From: Klebsiella phage KP13-16
Sequence record: OP617741.1
Length of the DNA stretch: 64,000 nt
Reading direction: 5' to 3' (one strand)
Part shown: piece after piece, positions 17,991-28,200 of the stretch
How positions within the stretch are numbered: the first letter of the stretch is position 1
How the letters are laid out: the number at the start of each line of letters is the position of its first letter
Translations under genes and position numbers: made by a program
The notes under the pieces: model-generated
What the model was told of the DNA's origin: nothing
Seen by the model: only the letters and a program-made list of their open reading frames with translations
The model's database searches: none

Positions 17991-18261
17991 AAACATTTCA
18001 GAAACTGTTGACGGTTATGGGATCATAATTGCTGTCCATGGTGACAATGAAAAGTGGTTAGCTTCTTTTGAGGAGGACGAAGACCGTAACATCCGTCTGG
18101 ATGCACCAATCAAGGTTTTGCATCAAGTTGGTGAACAGAAAACATGCTTGAGGTCTTACAAAGAGTATAGTGTGACGAATGATCTAATAAAAATGCTTGA
18201 CTTTGTAATTGAGTTGTTCGAAAATGCACCAAAAGACATCAAACGTGTACTTGCATTCTGA
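17974..18261 (+). CDS. hypothetical protein
   Basis: RBS GAGGAA. Confidence 0.45.
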   Translation: MIKATKNISETVDGYGIIIAVHGDNEKWLASFEEDEDRNIRLDAPIKVLHQVGEQKTCLRSYKEYSVTNDLIKMLDFVIELFENAPKDIKRVLAF

Positions 18262-18272
18262 GGAGAACTAAA

Positions 18273-18542
18273 ATGTCCATTGGAAAACTTGAGGTTGGAG
18301 ATTTACTTTTAACACAGACTTATAGTGGGAAAGAGATTGTTGAGATTTGCCAGTACCGTGGAGAGACAGGATCTTTAATGTATACGCTTTATCATCCAGA
18401 TTTACTGTTAAAATCAAATCTTGAACGTTTTGTAAAAGATACAGATTCAATGCCATACTGTATGAGTATTGTTCGTAAGAGTAACGCAGAAAAATATCAA
18501 TATATTATTGATATGATTTTAAAAAGTTCTCAGGAGGGATAA
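18273..18542 (+). CDS. hypothetical protein
   Basis: RBS GAGGAGAA. Confidence 0.5.
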   Translation: MSIGKLEVGDLLLTQTYSGKEIVEICQYRGETGSLMYTLYHPDLLLKSNLERFVKDTDSMPYCMSIVRKSNAEKYQYIIDMILKSSQEG

Positions 18543-19009
18543 TGGCTATTCCAGATTATGCAGATCAACGTTCCTACAACCGTTTTCGTAAAAGTTTTGT
18601 AGGTAGTTTTCATGGTGAAAATGGCAGTAGTTATAGGATGTATTGGAGTCCTGAATGTAACACACAACCAACTAAGATGGTCTTTAGCTCAGGTGCTCCA
18701 ATTTGTGCATACTGTGGTCATGAAGGTTTACCTTTACAACCTTATATTGAAGAAGGTGATTATCAGGTTTACGGTTATGCTTGTGTATGTAAAGGTGCCA
18801 TGGATGAAGAAGCTTGGCAACAAGAACAAGCTACATTGATAAGCAACCATCAAAAAGAAATGGAACTACTTTTAGAACGTAAACCCAAAACAAATCCTGC
18901 TGTGATTAAGGGTTTAATTAATACTCTGACTCGTCGTCTCCAAGAAGCTGAAACTTTAGATGACGTCAACACAATCTTAGATAAATTAAAATCTATTCAC
19001 GAAGATTGA
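18542..19009 (+). CDS. hypothetical protein with Cys-rich (Zn-ribbon-like) segment
   Basis: CAYCGHEG...CVCKG. Confidence 0.5.
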   Translation: MAIPDYADQRSYNRFRKSFVGSFHGENGSSYRMYWSPECNTQPTKMVFSSGAPICAYCGHEGLPLQPYIEEGDYQVYGYACVCKGAMDEEAWQQEQATLISNHQKEMELLLERKPKTNPAVIKGLINTLTRRLQEAETLDDVNTILDKLKSIHED

Positions 19010-19035
19010 TTTTTATTTAAATTCAGGAGTTTATT

Positions 19036-19404
19036 ATGAATGGTTACTATGTACCGATTAAAGTTCAGATTGTACAAGATAAAGATCTGATTAAACAAGA
19101 GTTTGATTCCATTAACCCAGATGGGCGTTATAGTTTAAATGAGTTATTCCCTGGTGTTACTTCTGGGAAATTTGTCAAAATTGATAGTTTCTTTATCAAT
19201 GAAGATGATGAACAAATCCTTACTGTTTCTTTCTTCAGGGATGGTGGTCAAGGTACACCTTACAAAGAAGTTTTATGCAAACAAGAAGCAAAACTTTGCA
19301 TGGACCACAGTAAACGTAAATTTTATATTGACACTCGTTTTGGTGTGTATTATCTTTCTAAAGGGGATTTAGACATCGTTCATAAGTTGAAGAGTAGAAA
19401 ATAA
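19036..19404 (+). CDS. hypothetical protein
   Basis: RBS AGGAG. Confidence 0.5.
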   Translation: MNGYYVPIKVQIVQDKDLIKQEFDSINPDGRYSLNELFPGVTSGKFVKIDSFFINEDDEQILTVSFFRDGGQGTPYKEVLCKQEAKLCMDHSKRKFYIDTRFGVYYLSKGDLDIVHKLKSRK

Positions 19405-19625
19405 TGAATCAAAATACTTTTGTTTGTCCGGGAATGATTGTAAAACTACCATATAAGCTAGGTGATTCCGTAGTGTATGCTCACTGTGTAGTTGTTCAAG
19501 TTTTTAGGTATACAGTTGATATGGAAAATCTTAAAACACGAAATATTTTCCCTGTTGACATTTCTTCACTTAGGCAACACGGTGAATTAATTGGCTATAG
19601 TTATAAGGAAAAATGGAATGATTAA
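19404..19625 (+). CDS. hypothetical protein
   Basis: ATGA-coupled to upstream ORF. Confidence 0.45.
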   Translation: MNQNTFVCPGMIVKLPYKLGDSVVYAHCVVVQVFRYTVDMENLKTRNIFPVDISSLRQHGELIGYSYKEKWND

Positions 19626-19712
19626 ACCTTTAGAGTATCATGGGACGAATAAACCTTACACAGCAATGGATTTAATCCTTGCTAAACAAAAACTTATGAA
19701 TGAGGTAAAATA

Positions 19713-19868
19713 ATGAAATTACTTATTACTGATATCCGTGCATTTGAAAATTACGGTGCTGCTTTATCCTGCTTAGGTGCATATTCTGTTGGTGATATTT
19801 TAGAATACAATGAACATATGCCAATCTTTGAAATCTTAATTGAAAGAGGCTGGGTGGCTAAAGTATGA
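19713..19868 (+). CDS. small hypothetical protein (51 aa)
   Basis: Unlisted ORF MKLLITDIRAFENYG..., RBS GAGGT. Confidence 0.35.
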   Translation: MKLLITDIRAFENYGAALSCLGAYSVGDILEYNEHMPIFEILIERGWVAKV

Positions 19869-20062
19869 TAACTTTATCTGGTTGGGTTGTAGTTGCTACT
19901 TTGAATGGTAAGCAAGAAATAGACCAAGCACAAATTTATAAAACTCCTGCAGAATGTTATGTAGCTTTGCATTGGCCTACTACTCAAGGAGATAAAGCTT
20001 CATATGATTGTTTTTATATTGAAGGTAAGCCCGTCAAATTAGAAGTTAAGGAGATAAAATGA
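19865..20062 (+). CDS. hypothetical protein
   Basis: ATGA-coupled. Confidence 0.45.
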   Translation: MITLSGWVVVATLNGKQEIDQAQIYKTPAECYVALHWPTTQGDKASYDCFYIEGKPVKLEVKEIK

Positions 20063-20253
20063 GTATTGTTAGCAAAGAGACACTTGATTATATTAAGAAA
20101 AAACGTTCAGATGCTTTAGCTAGAACCTATTATGAAAACAAATATCATAATGCAATGCGTGGTTTAGATTCAGCAATTGCTATCTTAGAGCAAATTGAGC
20201 ATACCACACAAGGTTTGTCTATTGAGACTAAAATTACATTGAGTAAGGATTAG
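20059..20253 (+). CDS. hypothetical protein
   Basis: ATGA-coupled. Confidence 0.45.
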   Translation: MSIVSKETLDYIKKKRSDALARTYYENKYHNAMRGLDSAIAILEQIEHTTQGLSIETKITLSKD

Positions 20254-20261
20254 GAGGAAAT

Positions 20262-20510
20262 TTGACTAAAGAAAATATTCAAGAGAACACTATTGACTTC
20301 TCTGCACACATCTATGATAGTCCACATTTTGATGCCTGGCGTTATTCAGTTAAAACTTCTCCAGATTTTCCTGATGTTGTCGTCCTTTCATATGAAGAAT
20401 TTAATGAAAACTTAAAAGACTATGTAAGTAATGGTGAGATCTCTTTTGATCTTGAAACATGGAATAAAATTCAACATGCTGTAGATGTTTTATTCAAAAA
20501 CAATAAGTGA
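20262..20510 (+). CDS. hypothetical protein (TTG start)
   Basis: AGGAGG before TTG. Confidence 0.4.
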   Translation: MTKENIQENTIDFSAHIYDSPHFDAWRYSVKTSPDFPDVVVLSYEEFNENLKDYVSNGEISFDLETWNKIQHAVDVLFKNNK

Positions 20511-20518
20511 GGAACTAA

Positions 20519-21871
20519 ATGAGTAAAGAATTTGTTATTGAGACTGTATTAAATACATTTAAATATGAAAAAGCTCTTTTCAAAGAGTGTAATATGATGA
20601 TTGCAGGCGGTGTTTTTACTTCCCTTTTTACCAAGAAAGAAGTAAATGATGTTGATTGCTATTTTCGATCTAAAGCTGATCTTGTTCGCTTTCTGAATTA
20701 TATTTCTGAGTACGGCGATAATCGTTTTTGTATCTCTATTACTGATAAATCTGTGACGTTGGTTGGTGGAAGTGTACCAATTCAATTGATCTATTTTAAG
20801 TATTTTGAAGATCTTCAAGATGTTTTCAACACTTTTGACTTCACAATCTCAATGTGTGGATATGATTTCAAAACTGAAAAACTAGAATATCATCCTGATT
20901 TCTTTAGTGATTTATCACAACGCCGTCTGAGTTTTAATAAAAATACAGCATATCCTTTGGTTAGTGCTTTACGTGTAAATAAATTTAAAGATCGTGGGTA
21001 TCAGATTTCTCGTAGTGAAATGATTAAGCTTCTTTTAACTGTTTCACAGCTTGAAATTAAAACACCCCGCCAGTTTATTGAGCAGATTGGTGGTTTCTAT
21101 GGCAACAGTGCTTTGGCTGCGCTTTCCAAACTGGATGATAAAGATTTTGATCTTGAAAAAGGTCTGAAGGTCTTGCATGAATCTTCTGAAGGAAGTAACC
21201 CAGAAATCAATAAAGTTATTTCTAAACCTAACGAATCTAAGCTTGCTGTTCATCAACTTGCTCGCTTGATTGATTCAGATAATCCATTAGAGGGTGGTTG
21301 GTATCGAGAAGATAATGTGGCCTATTATAAATCTAAATATGGTCGTCATAGTATTCCTTTGGATATTGCTTTGCTGTTTGCACCTCAAAATGAAGTCTTT
21401 GAAAATGTAAACCCAGAAGAGCCTACTAGTGGAATGTTTTATAAATGGGTGCATAAAACAGAGAATCCAAATATCTTTAAATCTATTCACCGAGATTCTT
21501 TCTTATACGAACTGGGTAAAGATGCCGTAGATGAGCAATCTGGCTTATTCTTCTGCAAGGATACAGATATTAAAGACCACTACTTTGCAAATCGTGAAGG
21601 CGTTGTTATGTTGATGTGTCTTGCAGAAATTAAAGATCGAACGGCTCACAGATCTAATGAACTTCGTTTCACTAAGGTTAAAGTTCTGAGTGTTGTTAAT
21701 GAGCCTTATGTCAAATCTCCTGACCTGTCTACTGTAGATATTAGTAGTAAATTTAATATCAAAGTCTCAGAGAATCATTGTCGAAATGAAGAACTGGATT
21801 TGGAAGATTTGCCTGAAGAAAATGAAGGGAGTACTGTTGAACCCCTCAGTGTAACCGGACCAGTGTTTTGA
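20519..21871 (+). CDS. Pol-beta-superfamily nucleotidyltransferase-like protein
   Basis: IAGGVFTSLFTKKEVNDVDCYF fits hG[GS]-x(9-13)-DhD; downstream FDFTISM provides third acidic residue. Confidence 0.45.
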   Translation: MSKEFVIETVLNTFKYEKALFKECNMMIAGGVFTSLFTKKEVNDVDCYFRSKADLVRFLNYISEYGDNRFCISITDKSVTLVGGSVPIQLIYFKYFEDLQDVFNTFDFTISMCGYDFKTEKLEYHPDFFSDLSQRRLSFNKNTAYPLVSALRVNKFKDRGYQISRSEMIKLLLTVSQLEIKTPRQFIEQIGGFYGNSALAALSKLDDKDFDLEKGLKVLHESSEGSNPEINKVISKPNESKLAVHQLARLIDSDNPLEGGWYREDNVAYYKSKYGRHSIPLDIALLFAPQNEVFENVNPEEPTSGMFYKWVHKTENPNIFKSIHRDSFLYELGKDAVDEQSGLFFCKDTDIKDHYFANREGVVMLMCLAEIKDRTAHRSNELRFTKVKVLSVVNEPYVKSPDLSTVDISSKFNIKVSENHCRNEELDLEDLPEENEGSTVEPLSVTGPVF

Positions 21872-21887
21872 TAATCAAAAATTAGCG

Positions 21888-21970
21888 GTCTAGAAAGCAA
21901 TATGAGAGGTTTTTAGAGAGAAGATATCCGTATGGGTTACTTTAAACTAAAACCTCTCAAAATCGTTTCT
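21888..21970 (+). terminator. nested inverted repeat (CTAGAAA/TTTCTAG outer, GAGAGGTTTT/AAAACCTCTC inner) downstream of NTase-like gene
   Basis: Seen directly; possible terminator or structured RNA. Confidence 0.35.
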
Positions 21971-22008
21971 AGGTGTCTTAAATTTGATCTGTAGTTTTAA
22001 AGGAAAAT

Positions 22009-22293
22009 ATGAGACGATTAACAGATAGAGAACAGATAGAATTCCTTATGGCTTACTTACCTTCTGTAGGACATACAAAAGGTACACCATTTGAAGAGGC
22101 AACTCTTACTCTGGATAGTGGAAGACCTTTTGACATCTACTCTATGAAAGAAATTTTAGAGCTTTTGCACCATATGAACATAGTTGCTGCAACAGGTGCT
22201 GTATCACCCACAGATAAATTTGTTTATATTTGGTTAAAGCATCATGGAATTATTGATGCGTTTTCTTACCTAAATGAACATATAAATAGTTAG
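22009..22293 (+). CDS. hypothetical protein
   Basis: 94 aa ORF. Confidence 0.45.
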   Translation: MRRLTDREQIEFLMAYLPSVGHTKGTPFEEATLTLDSGRPFDIYSMKEILELLHHMNIVAATGAVSPTDKFVYIWLKHHGIIDAFSYLNEHINS

Positions 22294-22480
22294 TAACCAC
22301 TATACCTATATGTTGTGTGTTTTGTCTTTTACAGACACTATAAAAGTCATGAACTTTGATCGGGCTGGAAGCCTTGGTATCTCTGGCCTGGAAGCAAAAC
22401 AGTATTAGGATGGAGTATAGTACCCTCCCAGAAATTATAATAATTATAATTAATCATATTAATATTAAGTAAGGAGTTAG

Positions 22481-23761
22481 ATGAGTAAGATAGAATATGA
22501 AACATCTTATGAAAGGATCCTAAGATTAGATAATAAAAGAATTGGTCAGATGTACCCTATAATCTTCAGAGGAAGAAAAGATGGGTGTCATGATATTGTA
22601 GAAAATATCTTAGGGTTAATTACAGATCATACTACTAAGCAGAAAGAGATTGAGTGTTACAGAACTTTACTTTATAATCTAGTTTATTCTTATTGTTACA
22701 AAGGTTATGAAGGTATAGTTTTTTCTTCTAATAAAAATAATTTTAAGAGTTATTATGTACTGAATGGAACTAAACATAAAACTAAAATTTATTATGATGG
22801 ATCCAGAAGATTCTTGGACAAGATGAAAAACCTAGGATACCTAACTTCAGCCCCAGGTGGGAGTTTAGGTGTACATGGATACAAACCAGGTTATATTCTT
22901 TTCACTGATAAGTTCAAAAGAGAAGTTGGAGAATATGATCTTGTAGAGATCGTTCCAGAAAAGAATTTAGTCCGTATGAGAAACAGAAAAACAGGAGAGT
23001 ATATGATCTTTAAGGAAACAGATGAAGTCATTGAAATGATAAAGTTGACTCGTGAGTATAACCAGATGATGGAACAATGGAATGTTGAACTCAATGGTGT
23101 CCCTATCAACAGTGACATTTATCGTCTCTTTCTGGACTCTATGGATTACTATGCAAGATGGCATGGTGAATTCCAGATTATTCCTTCTGAACAACGGCAG
23201 GATATAACGTTTGATTTAAATCCTACTAAAGAGATTGACTTTCAGGCTAGTCACATCACCATTATGTATGCTATGAAAGGTCTTCAGATCACTGATTCAG
23301 ATCCTTATGATCCTCAAAAGGTTATGGCAAATATTGACTTGGATGAGGTGGACTTCAATGGTTGTAGTCTCACTAGAAAAGATCTTAAAACCTTTGTCAT
23401 GATGATGATCAATTGTAAATCTCATACCTCTGCTGTCAAAGCACTTGCAAACGAGGAATCTTTGAGTTATAAGTATGGGAAAGGTCATACTTTCTATAGC
23501 AGTATCCTTCTTGCTCTCGAAATGATCCACCATGAGATCTCTGATTTATTCTATGTTCCTGGCTTCTCTATGACGTTGATGAAACAAGAATCCGAGGTTA
23601 TGGCAGAGATTTTAAGAAAATGTGTAGAAAATGAGTTGCCTGTTCTACCAATTCATGATAGTGTTGTCTGCATGGAAGAACATGTGAGAGAGGTCAATCA
23701 AATCATGCTTGACAGTTTCTTTGAAAAGTGGCATGTTCAATGTACAACTAAGATTAAGTGA
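22481..23761 (+). CDS. hypothetical protein (very AT-rich gene)
   Basis: 426 aa ORF, RBS AAGGAG. Confidence 0.5.
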   Translation: MSKIEYETSYERILRLDNKRIGQMYPIIFRGRKDGCHDIVENILGLITDHTTKQKEIECYRTLLYNLVYSYCYKGYEGIVFSSNKNNFKSYYVLNGTKHKTKIYYDGSRRFLDKMKNLGYLTSAPGGSLGVHGYKPGYILFTDKFKREVGEYDLVEIVPEKNLVRMRNRKTGEYMIFKETDEVIEMIKLTREYNQMMEQWNVELNGVPINSDIYRLFLDSMDYYARWHGEFQIIPSEQRQDITFDLNPTKEIDFQASHITIMYAMKGLQITDSDPYDPQKVMANIDLDEVDFNGCSLTRKDLKTFVMMMINCKSHTSAVKALANEESLSYKYGKGHTFYSSILLALEMIHHEISDLFYVPGFSMTLMKQESEVMAEILRKCVENELPVLPIHDSVVCMEEHVREVNQIMLDSFFEKWHVQCTTKIK

Positions 23762-23771
23762 GGTATTTACT

Positions 23772-24281
23772 ATGGTGAGTATTAAATTAGATACATATGC
23801 AGTTCGTCAGTTGTTCCCAGAAGGAACTCAAGCTTATGTAGATTTGCAACAATCAGTTATTTCAAATATTGCTAAAGACCTTATCATTAAGGATACTGGC
23901 AATAAAGTTCGTAAACTGATTCAAGACGAAATCAATGCTTATGGACTAGTTGTTCCTGATGTATCAGACATTGTCAAGAAAGAAGTCGATACTTGGTTCG
24001 AATCCCGTGGTTATGGCTCTGTTTATTATAATGTGTCAAATGTCTTTAAAGGACGTATGCAAGAAGCAGCAGATCGTGAAGCACGTGCAACTATTGACGC
24101 TGTTATCAGTGATGTAATTAAAACCGCTACTGATAGAGCAATGAAAGATATTGAATACAAAATCGAAGCTGCTACTCAACGTATTGAGAAAATCATTGTT
24201 GATCGTGTTAACCAGAGCTTTGCTTCAATCATCGATCAGGCTGTAGCAGAGAAAATCAAGAAAGCTATCCCAGGATTATAA
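23772..24281 (+). CDS. hypothetical protein
   Basis: Internal start MVSIKLD after GAGG. Confidence 0.45.
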   Translation: MVSIKLDTYAVRQLFPEGTQAYVDLQQSVISNIAKDLIIKDTGNKVRKLIQDEINAYGLVVPDVSDIVKKEVDTWFESRGYGSVYYNVSNVFKGRMQEAADREARATIDAVISDVIKTATDRAMKDIEYKIEAATQRIEKIIVDRVNQSFASIIDQAVAEKIKKAIPGL

Positions 24282-24415
24282 ACTAGAGTGCAAAATAACA
24301 CGTCTAGAATCAAATCTGAGGTGTTTAATATCTAAAAATGAGTTACCCTACAGCTTAAAATAATAACGTCTTATAATCGCTTATAGAAGCTTTAAAATAA
24401 TATAGGAGTTAATTA

Positions 24416-24598
24416 ATGAGTAAGACTAAAGTTTGTGTAAGTTCATTTGATAACCCAAAAATTGCTGCTTGTGGTGGCCCCTATAATGACTTTTACATTA
24501 CACCCTATTGTAGGGAAGTAATTACATGCAAAAAATGTCGTAAAACAAAAGAGTTTAAGAACTTACCAAATGCTCATGCAAAGGGGTTTAAGAAATGA
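24416..24598 (+). CDS. small Cys-rich protein
   Basis: RBS AGGAG. Confidence 0.4.
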   Translation: MSKTKVCVSSFDNPKIAACGGPYNDFYITPYCREVITCKKCRKTKEFKNLPNAHAKGFKK

Positions 24599-25005
24599 AT
24601 AAAACTATTGAAACTTGGATTAAAAATGTAAAAACATACCCTCCTGCTGAGATCTTCTTTGAAAAGTATGGAAAAGAGGCCAAATCAGAGAAAAGAATCC
24701 AGGATCTTTGTGAAGAAGTTTATCGGTTTTGCTTCCCTGAAGGAGAGAAGAATCCATTATCAGATCTTTCTCAATCATATCGAGAACTTGAAGTAGCTTA
24801 TATTCTTGGTTTTGAGGGAATGAAGAAAGAATATCTTCAAAAGGTTAAAGATAAATTTCTTGAAGATGCCAAGTATGCTATTAAAGCATTAGACAACCTC
24901 TTCAAAAAAGATCAATTACTTCAAAAATATTATGTAGACTGGAAACTTAAATATTCTGAATTGGAAACAGAAGTATATAAAATGACTAAGGGGTATTTGC
25001 AATGA
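24595..25005 (+). CDS. hypothetical protein
   Basis: ATGA-coupled. Confidence 0.5.
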   Translation: MNKTIETWIKNVKTYPPAEIFFEKYGKEAKSEKRIQDLCEEVYRFCFPEGEKNPLSDLSQSYRELEVAYILGFEGMKKEYLQKVKDKFLEDAKYAIKALDNLFKKDQLLQKYYVDWKLKYSELETEVYKMTKGYLQ

Positions 25006-25244
25006 AAGTTATTATTACAGCAGAGGCACGTGTTCATCTTTCTAAAATTGTAGAAATGAGTGAAGAAGATTATGAAAAATATAAAGAAATTGTTGTTGAT
25101 TCTACGGGTTTAACTTATAGAGAAATAGATCAAGAGATTGCAAAACTCGCAGATAAATATGATTTTGGTTATGGTGACGATATAGAGGACATGGAAGACC
25201 CGGAAGAGGTTACTTTTCAGGTTTTTAAAGAGGGTTCAAATTGA
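25002..25244 (+). CDS. hypothetical acidic protein
   Basis: ATGA-coupled. Confidence 0.45.
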   Translation: MKVIITAEARVHLSKIVEMSEEDYEKYKEIVVDSTGLTYREIDQEIAKLADKYDFGYGDDIEDMEDPEEVTFQVFKEGSN

Positions 25245-28200
25245 AAAAATTTTCACCTACAAAAGAGCAAAAAGAATCTTTAAATGTTTTTGAAATTGAA
25301 CAGATTCTAAAGATTTCAGCAAAGGCTGGTACAGGTAAGGCCCAACCACTCACAGCAGTAGTAAAAACCCCAAACGGGGATGTAGAATTAGGAAAAATTA
25401 ATATTGGAGATTCTGTATTTAGAAAAGATGGCAGTATTGGTAAAGTAACAGGAGTTTTTCCTCAAGATGGACTTCAACCAACATATAAAGTAACGTTTCG
25501 AGATGGATCTAGTACAGAATGTAATGGTGAGCACATTTGGAGTGTATATGGAGGGAAATATAAGGATAAAATTGTTAACAGAACTTTAAATGAAATGCTT
25601 GAAAAAGGCTTATATAATTCTCTGGGAGATATGAAGTATAAGATTCCTATGGCAGAACCAGTCCAATATCAAACAAAAGCCTTTGATATTGATCCATATG
25701 TTTTAGGAGTTTTAATTGGTGATGGCTATCTTTGTGGAACAACACCAGCGTTTAGTGTAGGAGAAAAAGATAAAGAAATCTTAGAGTTGGTTCAAAAAAT
25801 TTATCCAAATTGGATTTATGGGAAACATATTACAGGTAAAAATTGTATCCAGTATAGTATCTCAGAGCCAACGAAAGGTAGAGTAAATAATATTAAAAAT
25901 AAAATAGAAAATCTTGGTTTAAATGTAAAATCAAGCTTTAAATTTATACCTAATGAGTATTTATATGGAGATGTCCGCCAAAGAATCCAATTACTTAGAG
26001 GGTTAATGGATACAGATGGAAGTTGCGTTAAAAATAGAACAAGTTTTACATCAACATCAAAAAACTTAATATTAGACTTAAAGACTCTTGTTCAAAGTCT
26101 TGGTGGAACAGCCATTGAAACTTATGTAGATGTGAGGAGTGAAAATTCATGTTATACATTGAATATTAAAACTCCAATGTGTCCTTTTAAGGTTAAAAGT
26201 AAAGCTTCACTTTGGACTAAAAGCAGTAAAAATCCTCCATCAAGATATATCAAGAGTGTTGAGTATGTAGGTGAAAAAGAACAAGTCTGTATCTCCGTTG
26301 ACAGCGATGACCAATTATATTTAACAGATGAGTTTATTGTTACACATAATACATCAACACTTAAATTTATTGCTGAATCTCATCCTGAGTTGACTTTCTT
26401 ATATGTAGCTTTTAATAAGAGTATGGCAAACGATGCAGCCAAGAAGTTCCCAGATAACGTGCATGTTATGACCATTCATTCACTGGCATATCGTAACATT
26501 GGTAAGCACTATGCTCATAAATTGACTCGCCCAACTGGTCGTTATATTAATATGGCTGGGACAGGATCTGAGATTGCACAACATTACGGTATTTTTGATA
26601 TGAAAGACCATAATGGGGCGGTCTTGACTAAAAATTATCTTGGATTAATTGTAAAAGATACAGTTAATACTTTTGAAAGGTCTGATAAAGATAAAATTAC
26701 AGAATTTCATATTCCTAAGTTCCATATGGATGATGTCAAACGTCGATTTGCTCTTAAAGAATCTAAAGTTAAAAAGGAAATTTTGAGTGTTGCTAAAAAA
26801 CTTTGGGAAGATCGTTGTGACAAAGAGGAACGAATCCTTTGCACACATGATACTTATCTAAAACTGTATCAGATGAGTAAACCTAAGTTTGAAACTTATG
26901 ACTGTGTTCTGATTGACGAAGCACAGGATACTAGTGATGTAATGATTTCACTTTTCTCTAATATTAAACCTAAAATCGTCTATGTTGGTGATAAACACCA
27001 ATGTGTTTCTGGAGAAACTGTACTTGAGACACCTTGTGGTAATAAGCTTATGCAAGATCTTTCCATAGGAGATGAAGTAAAATCTTACAGAAACGGTCAA
27101 CAAGTCTATCGTAGAGTGTTGAATAAAACTTTATCAAATCGTACAGAAGGATTAAGTGTTGCTACTCGGAATGGTAATATCCTAGATATGACACTAAATC
27201 ATAAAATTTGGGCTACCAGTTTTAATTTACAAGAAAAACAGATGATTGTATATCTTATGTGGAGAAAAGACCTTGGATTCCGTGTTGGTATTACCAATAA
27301 GATAAAAGATAGTTATGGTAATATTAGTTTTGGTCAGAGAACTTTACATGAACGTGCACAAAAATTTTGGATTCTAGATGTTGTAGCTAATCGTGAGGAA
27401 GCTCTTGAAAAAGAACTTACATATAGCTTACAGTATGGTATCCCAATGTGCGTATATGAAGCAAAATCACGAGGTCTGAATCAAGATCGTATTAATAACA
27501 TTTTTAAAATTTTTGGCAAAAATGGTTTCATTTTATTATCAGAAAAAGATTACTCTTTTGAATACCCGCATTGGCACAATATCAATTCACGCTCAGTTAA
27601 CCGTAAAATGTTAACAGTACATTTGACAGCACATTGTGTCAAAGGTAGCCAAGTTTCTTTTGAGTGGACAGAGGAAGACATGCCAATTACTTCTACTTTA
27701 GAAGATGCTGGAATTAAAGTTACATATGCTAAAAAGAGTGGAAGATTTCGTGTACGTAAATGGTTTAGTAGCTACATTGAAGCATTAGAGTTTTCTAATG
27801 ATATTTGTGATTTAGTACCTTATGCATCAATTACAGAGCGAATGGCCTACACATCTGAGCACAAGTTAAATTTATTACCTGCGGCTTGTCTGTTTGAAGG
27901 GATGTCTGTACTAATAGATGATGGATGTGGAAATACTGTAATAGATGAGATTATCTCTATTACCCCACATAAAGGTGAGTATTTTGATATTGAAGTAGAA
28001 GATACTGCTAATTTCTTTGGTAATGGAATTCTTAGCCATAACTGCATTTACGGTTGGCGTGGATCAGTTAACGCTATGGAGAAAATCAGTGCACCAGAAG
28101 TTAAATTAACTCAATCATTCCGATTTGGTAAAGATATTGCAGATGTAGCAAAATTGATTATTGATGAAGAGGTAACAGGACTGGAATCTATTAAGTCAAT

